This document shows, piece by piece, positions 19,523 to 28,594 of a stretch of 32,000 nucleotides of DNA. A program made the position numbers and the translations under genes. Each line of letters starts with the position of its first letter. Positions within the stretch are counted from its first letter, which is position 1. The notes under the pieces are model-generated. The model was not told the origin of the DNA. It made no database searches and worked only from the letters and a program-made list of their open reading frames with translations. Source of the stretch: Prochlorococcus sp. MIT 0801 (lineage in GTDB: Bacteria > Cyanobacteriota > Cyanobacteriia > PCC-6307 > Cyanobiaceae); contig NZ_CP007754.1 of the NCBI RefSeq assembly GCF_000757865.1, forward strand, positions 120,001 through 152,000. Direction: 5' to 3'.

Positions 19523-20210
19523 TTTTCTGGTCTACATCAATCATTCCTTCTAGAACTAGATTAGGACAATGATTGATATTAATATGTGTATTTTTAAGTT
19601 CATTTAATATCAGTGGAGCATCACCTCCGCACATCCATATTGGTAATTTTGTTTCCTCGAATATTTTTAAGATTAACCCTAATAAGCCATTCATTGCCCC
19701 TCTGACCATTGCATTTTTAGTTTCATGTTGAAATGTCTCTATTGGGATTGTCTTGATGATTGGATTTTCTAAATTTAATGAACCATTTGCCATAGAAGAT
19801 AATTGAAGTCTTAATCCAGAAATTAATTCCCCCCCAGCGAATACACCTTTTTTTGTTATTTTTGTGACGCTCATGATTGTGCCTGCATCAATAACAATTA
19901 AGTCTTGCTCTTTGCTTTTGAAAGATGATTGCTTTTTATAAGCACTCCATGAAGCTAGAGCTCTATCAATCCCTAAATTAGATGGAAGATTGATGAGCGG
20001 AACATCATCTAAATTTATTTTTTTTGAAGGGCATAATTTAATGTTCTCAGGGACGGAACCAACTGAGGCCCAAATTAACTGTGAATAATCATTATTTTGA
20101 AATTCGATAGGATTTGGCGAGGTATGAAAATATTTCCAATTTTTTTTTCTCTTGCTTGCCCAATGCCATCTTGTATTCCCAATCATTAAGTAATTTTTTT
20201 CTAAAAACAC
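19509..20210 (-). CDS. coaX: Type III pantothenate kinase (CoaX / Baf family)
   Basis: It has the N-terminal 'LMIGNTRWHW' (ASKHA phosphate-1 motif variant), 'VIDAGTIMSV' and 'GGDAPLI'. Its 3' end overlaps the bcp 3' end by 14 nt (convergent). Confidence 0.75.
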   Translation of the reverse strand: MFLEKNYLMIGNTRWHWASKRKKNWKYFHTSPNPIEFQNNDYSQLIWASVGSVPENIKLCPSKKINLDDVPLINLPSNLGIDRALASWSAYKKQSSFKSKEQDLIVIDAGTIMSVTKITKKGVFAGGELISGLRLQLSSMANGSLNLENPIIKTIPIETFQHETKNAMVRGAMNGLLGLILKIFEETKLPIWMCGGDAPLILNELKNTHININHCPNLVLEGMIDVDQKINSI

Positions 20211-20213
20211 TAG

Positions 20214-21005
20214 CTATATTCCTTCTCCCAAAAAATTATTTTCATCAACATGAATTCCACACTCTTCACTGACCCCTCCAAATCTAGTTGTTCTTCCTTT
20301 GGAATTGTTATTTTCTGCTACGCTTGAATGCCAATCTCCAACAGTAGAATAGCCTTTTTCAAATAAAGGGTGTTGAGGTAAATTATTATTTTCCATGTAA
20401 TAGAAAATATCTTTCTTAGTCCAGTTTAGGAGTGGTCGTAGAGTTAAACGGTCTCTGATGTAATCAATATGTGACATGGATTCTCTGTTTTTGGTTTGCC
20501 CTTTACGAACACCACTAGCCCAACAAAGAGCGTCAAGTTCTGATAAGGCGTTTTCTAAAGGTTCAATTTTTCGTATTTGGTGATATTTATTTAGATCTGT
20601 TAGTTCGCCAGTTTCCCAAAGTTTTCCATACAATGCTTCCATCCTGGCTGGTGAGATAGAGCTTTGGACTACGTATAAATCTAATTCGAATAGTTTTGTT
20701 AGTTCTTCTGCATAGTTATAAGTTTCTGCAGGTAGATAACCAGTATCTATCCAAATTACCTTTGGTTTTTTTCTAGATTTTAAAGCCACTGTCATATGAA
20801 GTAAAACAGCAGATTGGATTCCAAAACTGGTTGTTAAAACAAATTTCTCATCAAATTTCTCATAGGCCCAATGAAGCTGATCTTGAGCAGCAAGTTTTTC
20901 AAGATATTTACTTGTTTCATCTACTGATTCCACCAGAAAAGGTTGAGCAAAGTTTGTTGATTCTCTCAAATCACCGGTGTAATTGTCTTGGGATTCTTTC
21001 TGCAT
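20214..21005 (-). CDS. cysH: Phosphoadenosine/adenosine phosphosulfate reductase
   Basis: It has a PAPS-reductase fold ('LTTSFGIQSAVLLHM') and the C-terminal catalytic 'ECGIH' motif. Confidence 0.9.
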   Translation of the reverse strand: MQKESQDNYTGDLRESTNFAQPFLVESVDETSKYLEKLAAQDQLHWAYEKFDEKFVLTTSFGIQSAVLLHMTVALKSRKKPKVIWIDTGYLPAETYNYAEELTKLFELDLYVVQSSISPARMEALYGKLWETGELTDLNKYHQIRKIEPLENALSELDALCWASGVRKGQTKNRESMSHIDYIRDRLTLRPLLNWTKKDIFYYMENNNLPQHPLFEKGYSTVGDWHSSVAENNNSKGRTTRFGGVSEECGIHVDENNFLGEGI

Positions 21006-21076
21006 ATTTGAGAATGAAATGCCGAATCGGTCAAAGTTTGTTTAGGGTCTTTTAAATCATCTTAAATCTAGTCCCT

Positions 21077-22279
21077 ATGGACTTGAACAATTTGAAATCT
21101 GAACCAATAGTTGTTGTAGGTGGTGGCTTCGGAGGACTGGCTACTGTTCAAGCTTTGTTAGCCAAGTCAGATGGCACTTCAGTGATTTTGATTGATGAAG
21201 GCAATAGATTTGTTTTTAAGCCATTGCTTTATGAGTTATTAAGCGGTGAGCTTCAATTATGGGAGGTGGCACCTCAGTATTCTGATTTAGCTTCAGAATT
21301 AGGATTTATTTTTTTACAAGAATGTGTAGTTGAGATTGATGAAGAAGCAAAAAAGGTAATCACTTCATCTGAGATTGAAATTACTTATTCTCAACTTGTA
21401 ATTAGCACTGGAGTGACAACTAATTATTCCTTCCTAGACAATTTACAGGACTATGCTTGTGGCTTTTCTAATTTAAATGATTTTCGAATCATTAAAAATT
21501 TAATAATTAAAATAAATAATTCTTCGGAATATACCAATCCTATAGTCATTGCTGGAGCTGGTCCAACCGGTGTTGAGCTTGCATGTAAAATTTCTGATTT
21601 AATAAAAGATCGGGTTGAGATATATTTAGTTGATAAAGGAAATAAAATTCTACCTAATTGTAAATCATTTAATAGAGAAAAAGCAATTGAATCAATAGGT
21701 AAGAGAAATATTAGAGTTTATTTAGACTATTGTATAAAATCTGTTGGTAAAACTTTTTTAGAACTTTACAGCACTGATAATGAAACAAAAAATTTCATTA
21801 AAATTGATTATTCTACTTTATTATGGACTGCAGGATTAAAACCTTCTAAATCAAAATTTTTGGATCATTTTTTGAATGAGAATCAGAAGATTAAAGTAAA
21901 TGAATTTATGCAAATGGATGAATATAAAAATATTTTTTTCGTTGGAGATATCACATTTTGTGAAAATGCCCCCTTCCCTTCTTCCGCTCAAGTTGCAATG
22001 CAGCAAGGTTCTTTAGTGGCTAAAAATATTATTTCTTTAAGGAATGGAAATGAACTTCAACCATTCAAATTCGAAGATCTTGGAGAAATGTTGAGTCTTG
22101 GTATTGGTAATGCATCTATTACTGGATATGGAATTACCTTGGCAGGATCACTTGCGTTTGAAATTAGGCGTTTTGCATATTTAATGAGAATGCCAGGGTT
22201 TCTTCTATCGTTTAAATCCTCTGGTTCATGGCTATTTAGTAAAAAAATAATTAATCGTTTATTTTCCCAATCTGCTTAG
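21077..22279 (+). CDS. Type 2 NADH dehydrogenase (NDH-2, FAD-dependent pyridine nucleotide-disulfide oxidoreductase)
   Basis: It has two dinucleotide-binding folds, 'VVVGGGFGGL' and 'IAGAGPTGVELA', plus 'FFVGDI'. Confidence 0.85.
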   Translation: MDLNNLKSEPIVVVGGGFGGLATVQALLAKSDGTSVILIDEGNRFVFKPLLYELLSGELQLWEVAPQYSDLASELGFIFLQECVVEIDEEAKKVITSSEIEITYSQLVISTGVTTNYSFLDNLQDYACGFSNLNDFRIIKNLIIKINNSSEYTNPIVIAGAGPTGVELACKISDLIKDRVEIYLVDKGNKILPNCKSFNREKAIESIGKRNIRVYLDYCIKSVGKTFLELYSTDNETKNFIKIDYSTLLWTAGLKPSKSKFLDHFLNENQKIKVNEFMQMDEYKNIFFVGDITFCENAPFPSSAQVAMQQGSLVAKNIISLRNGNELQPFKFEDLGEMLSLGIGNASITGYGITLAGSLAFEIRRFAYLMRMPGFLLSFKSSGSWLFSKKIINRLFSQSA

Positions 22280-22349
22280 CTCCTTTACGCAGTAGTCTTA
22301 AAATTAATACTTGGACAGAGTCAGTTGAAAAGGTTATTAATTTAATAAT

Positions 22350-24167
22350 ATGAATGAAATATTAACTGTTTTTGAAAATCCAAAAGCTGTCATAACTTTG
22401 GCAGTGTTAATTAGTGCAGTTTGTTTATTCGTAAGTAGTGCTCTAGCTCCTGAACTTACTGGACTTTTGAGTGTTGCATTATTAATGGCAACAGGAGTTC
22501 TTTCTCCTCAAAAAGCATTGGCTGGGTTTGGAAGCCCTGCGTTGATTACATTGATGGGCTTATTTGCTGTCTCTGCTGCACTTTTTAAAAGTGGAGCGCT
22601 TGATCGTTTAAGAGAGTTAATAGCTTCTGAAAGTATTCGAACTCCGCGTAGGTTAATAGCTTTACTTGGATTGGTTGTTGCTCCTGTTTCAGGCGTTGTT
22701 CCTAATACTCCAGTGGTTGCTTCGCTTTTACCAGTTATTGAGGCTTGGTGTGTAAAGCGAAAATTATCTCCTTCTAGAGTTTTGCTGCCACTATCTTTCG
22801 CTACAGTTTTAGGTGGCACTTTAACTCTTTTGGGGAGTTCAGTAAATTTGTTAGTGAGCGATATTAGCGATCAACTTGGATATGGTTCTTTTGATCTTTT
22901 TACTTTTACTGCAATAGGTATACCTATATGGTTGCTTGGGACAGCATATATGTTGTTAGCCCCTCAATCTCTACTACCTGATAGAGGAAGAATTAGTTCA
23001 GAGTACGGAGGTAGTTCGGATCAAACTGGTTATTTTACGGAAGTCACAATACCTTCTGGTTCTGAATTAGTTGGAAATTCCTTGAGGAATAGTCGCTTAC
23101 AAAGAAGATTTGATGTCGATGTTTTAGAAATACAGCGAGAGAATGAGAAACTTTTACCACCTTTGGCAGATCGAATAATTCAATCTGGAGATCGCTTGTT
23201 GATAAGAATTACACGCTCAGATCTTTTGCGTTTAAAACAAGAACATACAGTTCAATTAACTAAAAATTTAAAGACTGAAAAATTCTTTTTTCTATCCAAT
23301 ACTGATGAAGGCCAACAAACTGTAGAGGTCCTTTTGCCAGCTGGCTCAACCTTGGCTGGCGCGAGTTTGCGAGAACTAAGATTTAGGCAAAGGCATAATG
23401 CAACTGTTTTAGCTTTAAGACGAGGGCAGCAAACTGTTCAAGAACGATTGGGACAAGCAATTTTAAGAGAGGGGGATGTACTACTTCTCCAAGCACCCAG
23501 AGATTCAATTAGAGGATTGCAAGATAGTAATGATCTACTCGTTTTAGATCAATTTGATAATGATCTACCAACTGTTACAAGAAAACCCATAGCAATTGGT
23601 ATCGCAATTGCTATGTTGATTCTTCCTTCACTTACTGATTTGCCTTTGGTTGCTTCGGTTTTATTGGCAGTAGTTGGAATGGTTTGGGGTGGATGTTTAA
23701 GGCCCGCAGAGGTTCAAAGATCAATTCGACTGGATGTCATTCTTTTGCTTGGATCTCTCTCTAGTTTTAGTGTCGCAATGCAAAACACAGGCCTTGCAGA
23801 TGCTTTTGCGAATATTTTAATTTTTATATTGAAAGACCTATCTACTTATTCCGCTTTGCTAGTAATTTTTCTCTCGACAACAATATTTACTCAATTTGTC
23901 AGTAACGCCGCCTCAGTAGCTCTTTTGGCGCCAATTGCTGTTCAATTGGCGCCAAATATGGGTCTACCTCCTTTGGCTTTATTGATAACAGTTCTTTTTG
24001 GTGCTAGTCAATCTTTTCTTACTCCTATGGGTTACCAAACAAATCTTATGGTATTTGGACCTGGGCGTTATCAGTTTTTAGATGTCACTAGATACGGCGC
24101 TGGGTTGACCATATTGATGACGTTTCTTGTTCCTGGTTTAATTTTGCTAAAGTATGGCATTTCCTAA
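22350..24167 (+). CDS. DASS/SLC13-family anion permease with two internal TrkA-C (RCK_C) domains
   Basis: TM-rich N- and C-terminal halves flank a ~190-aa soluble insert. The insert has two repeats of the TrkA_C pattern ('VTIPSGSELVGNSLRNSRLQRRFDVDVLEIQRE' and 'VLLPAGSTLAGASLRELRFRQRHNATVLALRRG'). Confidence 0.85.
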   Translation: MNEILTVFENPKAVITLAVLISAVCLFVSSALAPELTGLLSVALLMATGVLSPQKALAGFGSPALITLMGLFAVSAALFKSGALDRLRELIASESIRTPRRLIALLGLVVAPVSGVVPNTPVVASLLPVIEAWCVKRKLSPSRVLLPLSFATVLGGTLTLLGSSVNLLVSDISDQLGYGSFDLFTFTAIGIPIWLLGTAYMLLAPQSLLPDRGRISSEYGGSSDQTGYFTEVTIPSGSELVGNSLRNSRLQRRFDVDVLEIQRENEKLLPPLADRIIQSGDRLLIRITRSDLLRLKQEHTVQLTKNLKTEKFFFLSNTDEGQQTVEVLLPAGSTLAGASLRELRFRQRHNATVLALRRGQQTVQERLGQAILREGDVLLLQAPRDSIRGLQDSNDLLVLDQFDNDLPTVTRKPIAIGIAIAMLILPSLTDLPLVASVLLAVVGMVWGGCLRPAEVQRSIRLDVILLLGSLSSFSVAMQNTGLADAFANILIFILKDLSTYSALLVIFLSTTIFTQFVSNAASVALLAPIAVQLAPNMGLPPLALLITVLFGASQSFLTPMGYQTNLMVFGPGRYQFLDVTRYGAGLTILMTFLVPGLILLKYGIS

Positions 24168-24225
24168 ATATGATGGATATGATTGTTAATTTAGAAAAAA
24201 ATCCAACGTTTAGATTTGATTTTGA

Positions 24226-25656
24226 TTGTTTAATCTTTTCAGAATTAGTCTCCATTTATTGTCGAAAAAAGTGAGTATTAGGCAAGAAACTTATAGAAGG
24301 CTTACGGTCCCACAATTTACAGTGGTAACGGGTTTACTTGTGATTACTTTTGGAACATTATTATTAGCTACACCTTTATGTTCTCATGCAAATATAGGCT
24401 TGTGGGAGGCATTTTTCACGGCAACTTCTGCTGTCACAGTTACTGGATTATCTATTATTGATATAGGACTAGATTTAACATTTTTTGGACAAGTAATTTT
24501 AGCTATTATGTTATTAACTGGGGGCCTTGGTTTAATGGCTATTACTACATTTTTGCAGGGCTTTATTGTTAGTGGAACAGAATTAAAAACACGTCTTGAT
24601 AGAGGGAAAACTCTTGATGAATTTGGAGTCGGTGGTGTGGGAAGAACCTTTAGAGGGATTGCAATTACAGCATCTATTCTTATTTGTCTTGGTGCTATTA
24701 CTTTATATTTTTTTGGTTTCAATAATATAACTAGCTCAAGTGAGAGGATTTGGGTATCAATTTTTCATAGTATATCTGCTTATAATAATGCTGGATTTAG
24801 TTTATGGTCTAATAGTTTACAAGATTATAGAAGTAATGGGGTAGTGAATTTTGTTTTAATTACTTTAATTATATTAGGTGGTTTTGGATGGAGGGTAACT
24901 AATGATATTTGGATAAATCGTAGATCTTTAAAATTGAGAAATTTAAGTCTTCATACACGTTTAGTAATTAGATCATCTTTTATATTAATTTCTCTGGGAT
25001 TCTTCGGATTGCTTTTTACTGAATCGTTAGCTAGGGGTAGCTTCTTTTCGTTCATGAATTTCGATAATCGTATTTTAACCGCTTTATTTACTTCAGTTAG
25101 TGCGCGAACAGCAGGCTTTACGAATTTACCTATATCAATTGAGAATGTCTCTGACTCTGGTCTTCTATTGATAATGTTTCTTATGTTTATTGGGGCAAGT
25201 CCAGGCGGTACTGGAGGAGGAATTAAGACGACGACTATTGCTGCATTAATGGCAGCCACAAGAGCAACTCTACGTGGTCAAAATGAAATTATTATTCGTA
25301 ATCGTCAGATATCTGACAAAGTAATTCTTAAAGCTGTTGGCATAACTGTTGGTTCATTTTTATTTGTTTTAGTTATGGCTCTATTATTAAGTTTGAGTAA
25401 TGGATTTAATAGTACAGAGAATTTTTCATTTTTAGAAATGCTTTTCACTTGTATTTCTGCTTTTGCAACTGTAGGTTTTGATCTGGGCGTGACCTCTAAG
25501 CTAGGACATGTAGGTCAATTAATTCTTATTATTGGAATGTTTGTTGGCAGATTGGGAATCCTTTTATTCTTGAGCGCTGTGTGGCAAGCTTTTAATAAAA
25601 GTAAGCTTCAACATCGCAATCGAATTGGCTATCCGAGGGAGGATCTCTATGTTTAA
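24226..25656 (+). CDS. ktrB: K+ transporter membrane subunit (TrkH/KtrB family)
   Basis: It has four M1-P-M2 repeats with selectivity-filter-like glycines ('TVTGLS', 'NNAGFS', 'RTAGFT', 'ATVGFD'). The tracked start is TTG, so the true start is uncertain. Confidence 0.85.
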   Translation: MFNLFRISLHLLSKKVSIRQETYRRLTVPQFTVVTGLLVITFGTLLLATPLCSHANIGLWEAFFTATSAVTVTGLSIIDIGLDLTFFGQVILAIMLLTGGLGLMAITTFLQGFIVSGTELKTRLDRGKTLDEFGVGGVGRTFRGIAITASILICLGAITLYFFGFNNITSSSERIWVSIFHSISAYNNAGFSLWSNSLQDYRSNGVVNFVLITLIILGGFGWRVTNDIWINRRSLKLRNLSLHTRLVIRSSFILISLGFFGLLFTESLARGSFFSFMNFDNRILTALFTSVSARTAGFTNLPISIENVSDSGLLLIMFLMFIGASPGGTGGGIKTTTIAALMAATRATLRGQNEIIIRNRQISDKVILKAVGITVGSFLFVLVMALLLSLSNGFNSTENFSFLEMLFTCISAFATVGFDLGVTSKLGHVGQLILIIGMFVGRLGILLFLSAVWQAFNKSKLQHRNRIGYPREDLYV

Positions 25657-25661
25657 GGAGG
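25655..25661 (+). promoter_or_regulatory. Shine-Dalgarno AAGGAGG for ktrA, overlapping the ktrB stop codon
   Basis: AAGGAGG lies 7 nt upstream of ATG 25669. This is consistent with translational coupling of ktrB and ktrA. Confidence 0.6.
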
Positions 25662-25668
25662 ACAAATC

Positions 25669-26373
25669 ATGAGTGATTGGTGGCAATGGTCTCCCATAAA
25701 AGCGAACCAAAAACTCGGGTTTGCTGTAGTTGGAATTGGGCGTTTTGGAAGCGCAGTTTGTAGAGAGCTACTGAGAAATGGTGCTGATGTTTTGGCTGTA
25801 GATTTCTCAGAGAAGGCAATAGAGGAATTACGTCAACTTGAGCCAACAATTGAAGCGAGGGTGGTTGACTCAACCGATGAAGAGTCTATGAAAGAGGCAG
25901 GTGTTCTAGAAATGGGGACTGTAGTAGTAGGCATTAGTGAGCCAATTGAGGCAAGTATTACTACAACTCTTATTGCTAAAGATACAGAGGGGAGTTTAGT
26001 GAAGCAGGTTATTGCTAGAGCAACAAGTGATCTGCATGAAAAAATGCTGAAAAGGGTTGGTGCTGATCGGGTTGTATTCCCTTCAAGAATGCAAGGAGAA
26101 AGATTGGGTCTTGAATTGGTTAGACCTAATTTGATTGAAAGATTAGAACTCGATGATAAAACCGGCATTGATGAGATTAAAGTGCCTGAGGTGTTTGTAG
26201 GACGTTCTTTACGAGATTTGAATCTTAGAAAAAATTATTTTGTCAATGTCTTAGCCGCTGGCCCTGCTCAACTATTAACTGTTAATCCTCCAGCGAAATA
26301 TATTTTGGAGAAAGATCATGTCCTTGTAGTTATGGGTTCAATGGAAGATCTTCAAAAGCTGCCTCAAACTTAA
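25669..26373 (+). CDS. ktrA: K+ transporter peripheral NAD-binding subunit (KtrA/TrkA, RCK_N + RCK_C)
   Basis: It has the Rossmann motif 'VVGIGRFGSAV', 'VLAVD' and a C-terminal TrkA_C segment ('IKVPEVFVGRSLRDLNLRKNYFVNVLA'). Confidence 0.85.
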   Translation: MSDWWQWSPIKANQKLGFAVVGIGRFGSAVCRELLRNGADVLAVDFSEKAIEELRQLEPTIEARVVDSTDEESMKEAGVLEMGTVVVGISEPIEASITTTLIAKDTEGSLVKQVIARATSDLHEKMLKRVGADRVVFPSRMQGERLGLELVRPNLIERLELDDKTGIDEIKVPEVFVGRSLRDLNLRKNYFVNVLAAGPAQLLTVNPPAKYILEKDHVLVVMGSMEDLQKLPQT

Positions 26374-26376
26374 TCT

Positions 26377-27513
26377 ATGCGTGTATTGGGTTTGATGAGT
26401 GGTACTAGTGCGGATGGAATAGATGCAGTTTTAGTTGATTTTCAAGGGGATCCTTCACAGCCAAAATGGAAAATTTTAAACACACGCTCTTATGCATATC
26501 CTTCATCAACTAGAGAAAAAATAATACAAGTAGGTCAAGGATTAAAAATCAATAGCAAAGATTGGCTCGAGTTGGCTGAGGAAATTACTGAATTAAATGC
26601 GTTTGCTGCAAAAACTTGTGACCCTGATTCAACCGCAGAGCTTGTTGGATGTCACGGCCAAACTTTATTTCATAGAAGTGTAAAAAAATCTAAAAGAGGA
26701 GGAAGCCTTCAAATTCTTTTAGGACCTTTACTTGCACATCTTTTAGATCAAATTGTTATTTATGATTTTAGATCTAAGGATATTGCTTCAGGTGGTCATG
26801 GTGCTCCTTTAGTAGCTTTAGTCGATGAAGCCTTAGTTGGAAGGTTGTATGGATGGAGAGGAATCCTAAACCTTGGTGGCATTGCTAATCTTACAATTAT
26901 TCCACCTAAAACTGGCATTGATAAAACTTCTGAATGCTTAGGTTGGGATTGTGGACCGGCTAACTCTTTAATTGATTTAGCTATTAAAGAAAGTACAAAT
27001 TCATCTTTAACTTTTGATAAGGATGGATCATTAGCATCGCTAGGGATTCCTAAATTAGAAATCATTGAAAAGTGGTTGAGGGATCCTTTCTTTCATCTAG
27101 AACCTCCACGATCTACAGGTAGAGAACAATTCGGTTTTCAAGATTTACAAAAAAGAAAAAAGGAATTGGGTGATATATCAATAGAAGATTTAATATCAAC
27201 ATTAACTAGATTTACCGCATCAATTATCTCTCAAGATTTAGATAATCTTTTTAAGCTTAAAAAGATACGTTTAATTGAGCTTTTGGTTGCTGGAGGTGGA
27301 AGTAAAAATCTATTTTTAATGAGGCAACTACAAAAACAATGTTCTGGTGTTCATGTTCGTCAAATAGATGAAATTGGTATTCCATCACAATACAGAGAGG
27401 CACTAGTTTTTGCGACTTTATCTTGGTGGAACTTTTTAGGAAAAAAAGTTAACCCGAAGTACATCACTGGAGCAAATAAACCTATTTTATATGGACTACG
27501 AGTTGATCCTTGA
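26377..27513 (+). CDS. anmK: Anhydro-N-acetylmuramic acid kinase
   Basis: It has the N-terminal '[13 protein letters not shown]', 'GCHGQTLFH', 'NLGGIAN' and 'GGGSKN', all typical of AnmK. Confidence 0.9.
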   Translation: MRVLGLMSGTSADGIDAVLVDFQGDPSQPKWKILNTRSYAYPSSTREKIIQVGQGLKINSKDWLELAEEITELNAFAAKTCDPDSTAELVGCHGQTLFHRSVKKSKRGGSLQILLGPLLAHLLDQIVIYDFRSKDIASGGHGAPLVALVDEALVGRLYGWRGILNLGGIANLTIIPPKTGIDKTSECLGWDCGPANSLIDLAIKESTNSSLTFDKDGSLASLGIPKLEIIEKWLRDPFFHLEPPRSTGREQFGFQDLQKRKKELGDISIEDLISTLTRFTASIISQDLDNLFKLKKIRLIELLVAGGGSKNLFLMRQLQKQCSGVHVRQIDEIGIPSQYREALVFATLSWWNFLGKKVNPKYITGANKPILYGLRVDP

Positions 27514-27530
27514 GTTGACTGATTTAATAG

Positions 27531-27833
27531 TTAATTTCTTTTGAATTTTAATCTTTTCGGAATGCCTTTTAATCTTTGTGTTTTTTGTTTTTCTAATGCT
27601 TTTATAAAATTTTTTGTTTTAGTTTCTTTTGTTTCTAATTCTTTAGATGCTGAACTTTCTTTCAATTCGTGATACTTGACTCCTTCTTGAATTAAAACTT
27701 TTGCCATATTACTCACAGTTCTAGATTCTCTTTCGGCTAATTCTGACAACCTTTCACATAACTCTTCTGGCAGAACTACTTGTATGCGGGGCGATTTTTG
27801 CTTCCCGTTAGATGAGTTTTGACGAGTAGCCAT
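27531..27833 (-). CDS. Ribbon-helix-helix (CopG/Arc/MetJ-like) DNA-binding protein with a Lys-rich tail
   Basis: 'RIQVVLPEELCERLSELAERESRTVSNMAKVLIQEGV' has the beta-strand / helix A / G-or-S-turn / helix B pattern of RHH domains. It is monocistronic, with no partner toxin-like ORF downstream. Confidence 0.7.
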   Translation of the reverse strand: MATRQNSSNGKQKSPRIQVVLPEELCERLSELAERESRTVSNMAKVLIQEGVKYHELKESSASKELETKETKTKNFIKALEKQKTQRLKGIPKRLKFKRN

Positions 27834-27878
27834 GCGTACAAAGAACTACTAAGTAGTAAATAGTGTACACTTGTACGC
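27834..27878. promoter_or_regulatory. Cluster of nested inverted repeats abutting the RHH gene start; candidate operator
   Basis: GCGTACAA (27834-41) pairs with TTGTACGC (27871-78). ACTACT-a-AGTAGT lies at 27845-57. The self-complementary GTGTACAC lies at 27863-70. All sit within 45 nt between the divergent genes. Confidence 0.45.
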
Positions 27879-27973
27879 AAGGGTAGTATCCTTGTGTATG
27901 ATGCTTACTAATCTGGCTGGTTTTGCCTCATTAACCTTTACTTAAAAATTTTTTGATTTTAAAGGAGTATTTC

Positions 27974-28330
27974 ATGTCTAAGCCATCTCTTCCTCAAACA
28001 TCCAAAGCTCTTTCTGCGAATGTTGTTGCCGATAAAGGAACTGTAAAACGACAAAGAAGGAAAAGTCGTAGTAACGGTAAGAATGGAGATGTTCTAATTT
28101 CCGCTGTTGTGAGTTCTTATTTATTGACTCATTTACATCATGTTTTGCAAAGAGCGGAATATGGGGCTAGCAAAGAAGGAAGATCCTCTCATGCTGCAAA
28201 CTTTGCTCAACTCCGTAAAGTCCTTTGCATGGATGCTAGAAGCATGAAAGATGCGTCTGCATTAGGTTTGAAGGAAAGTGATTTAGATGCATGCAATGAA
28301 TCTACTGGTTTAGAGACAAAAGCTGCATAA
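27974..28330 (+). CDS. Hypothetical protein (118 aa from the internal ATG), with a basic N-terminal region
   Basis: The tracked ORF is 27953-28330. The internal Met (MSKPSLPQ...) is preceded by an AAGGAG SD. The basic stretch 'KRQRRKSRSNGKNG' is followed by a predicted helical region. I recognise no family. My hand count of the ATG differs from the track by 1 nt. Confidence 0.5.
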   Translation: MSKPSLPQTSKALSANVVADKGTVKRQRRKSRSNGKNGDVLISAVVSSYLLTHLHHVLQRAEYGASKEGRSSHAANFAQLRKVLCMDARSMKDASALGLKESDLDACNESTGLETKAA

Positions 28331-28363
28331 TTGCATATTCTTTAATAACTCGATGTTTTTCTC

Positions 28364-28594
28364 ATGAGCGGCAATGCTGCAGAGCTTTATAAGCTTATTA
28401 ATGCAGATCCAAATAAAAAACAAGATCTTTTTCGTCAAGCACTTCAAAACCCAAAAGGTGCTATGCAAGCTATATGTGCATTTGGGATTGAAAAGAATTT
28501 GCCAGTTACCTCAGAAGAGGTAAAAGAGTATTTGACTACAGTTGATGATTTTGATACAAAACAATGGCTTTTAAAGGCTAGAGGTGGGCTGTAA
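28364..28594 (+). CDS. Nif11-like (N11P / prochlorosin-leader-like) peptide, 76 aa, ending ...ARGG-L
   Basis: 'AELYKLINADPNKKQDLFRQALQNPKGAMQAICAFGIEKNLPVTSEEVKEYL' follows the Nif11 N-terminal domain pattern I recall (..L..F...V.AD..L...L......e.vv.iA...Gf.it.eel). A Gly-Gly lies at residues 74-75 with only one residue after it. The gene starts 33 nt after the preceding gene. Confidence 0.6.
   Translation: MSGNAAELYKLINADPNKKQDLFRQALQNPKGAMQAICAFGIEKNLPVTSEEVKEYLTTVDDFDTKQWLLKARGGL

Noticed and set aside
20831-21055. A 74-aa plus-strand ORF overlapping the 5' end of cysH
   Set aside because: It lies mostly antisense to conserved cysH coding sequence, and I saw no supporting signals.
22508-22819. 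A 103-aa minus-strand ORF inside the DASS permease gene, with similar cases at 26796-27065 and 28872-29135
   Set aside because: These are antisense shadows of well-supported genes.
24384-25259. Minus-strand ORFs of 112 aa and 102 aa inside ktrB
   Set aside because: These are antisense shadows of a TM-rich gene. I recognise no independent family.
25667-26168. Minus-strand ORFs of 68 aa and 111 aa inside ktrA
   Set aside because: These are antisense shadows of a well-supported RCK gene.
27836-27849. A perfect GTA-N8-TAC (NtcA-consensus-like) match in the RHH/orphan intergenic region
   Set aside because: Only six bases are specified, so several chance matches are expected in 32 kb of AT-rich DNA. 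The spacing to any TAnnnT -10 candidate (about 16 or 34 nt) does not fit the canonical ~22 nt. The match is also part of the palindrome cluster, which already explains it.
27930-27959. Three 8-mers at 11-bp spacing resembling a cyanobacterial Pho box (aTTAACCT-tta-cTTAAaaa-ttt-tTTGATTT)
   Set aside because: It ends only about 14 nt before the start codon and overlaps the SD region. A PhoB-dependent promoter here could not place a TSS upstream of the gene. The T/A-rich repeats are also easily produced by chance.
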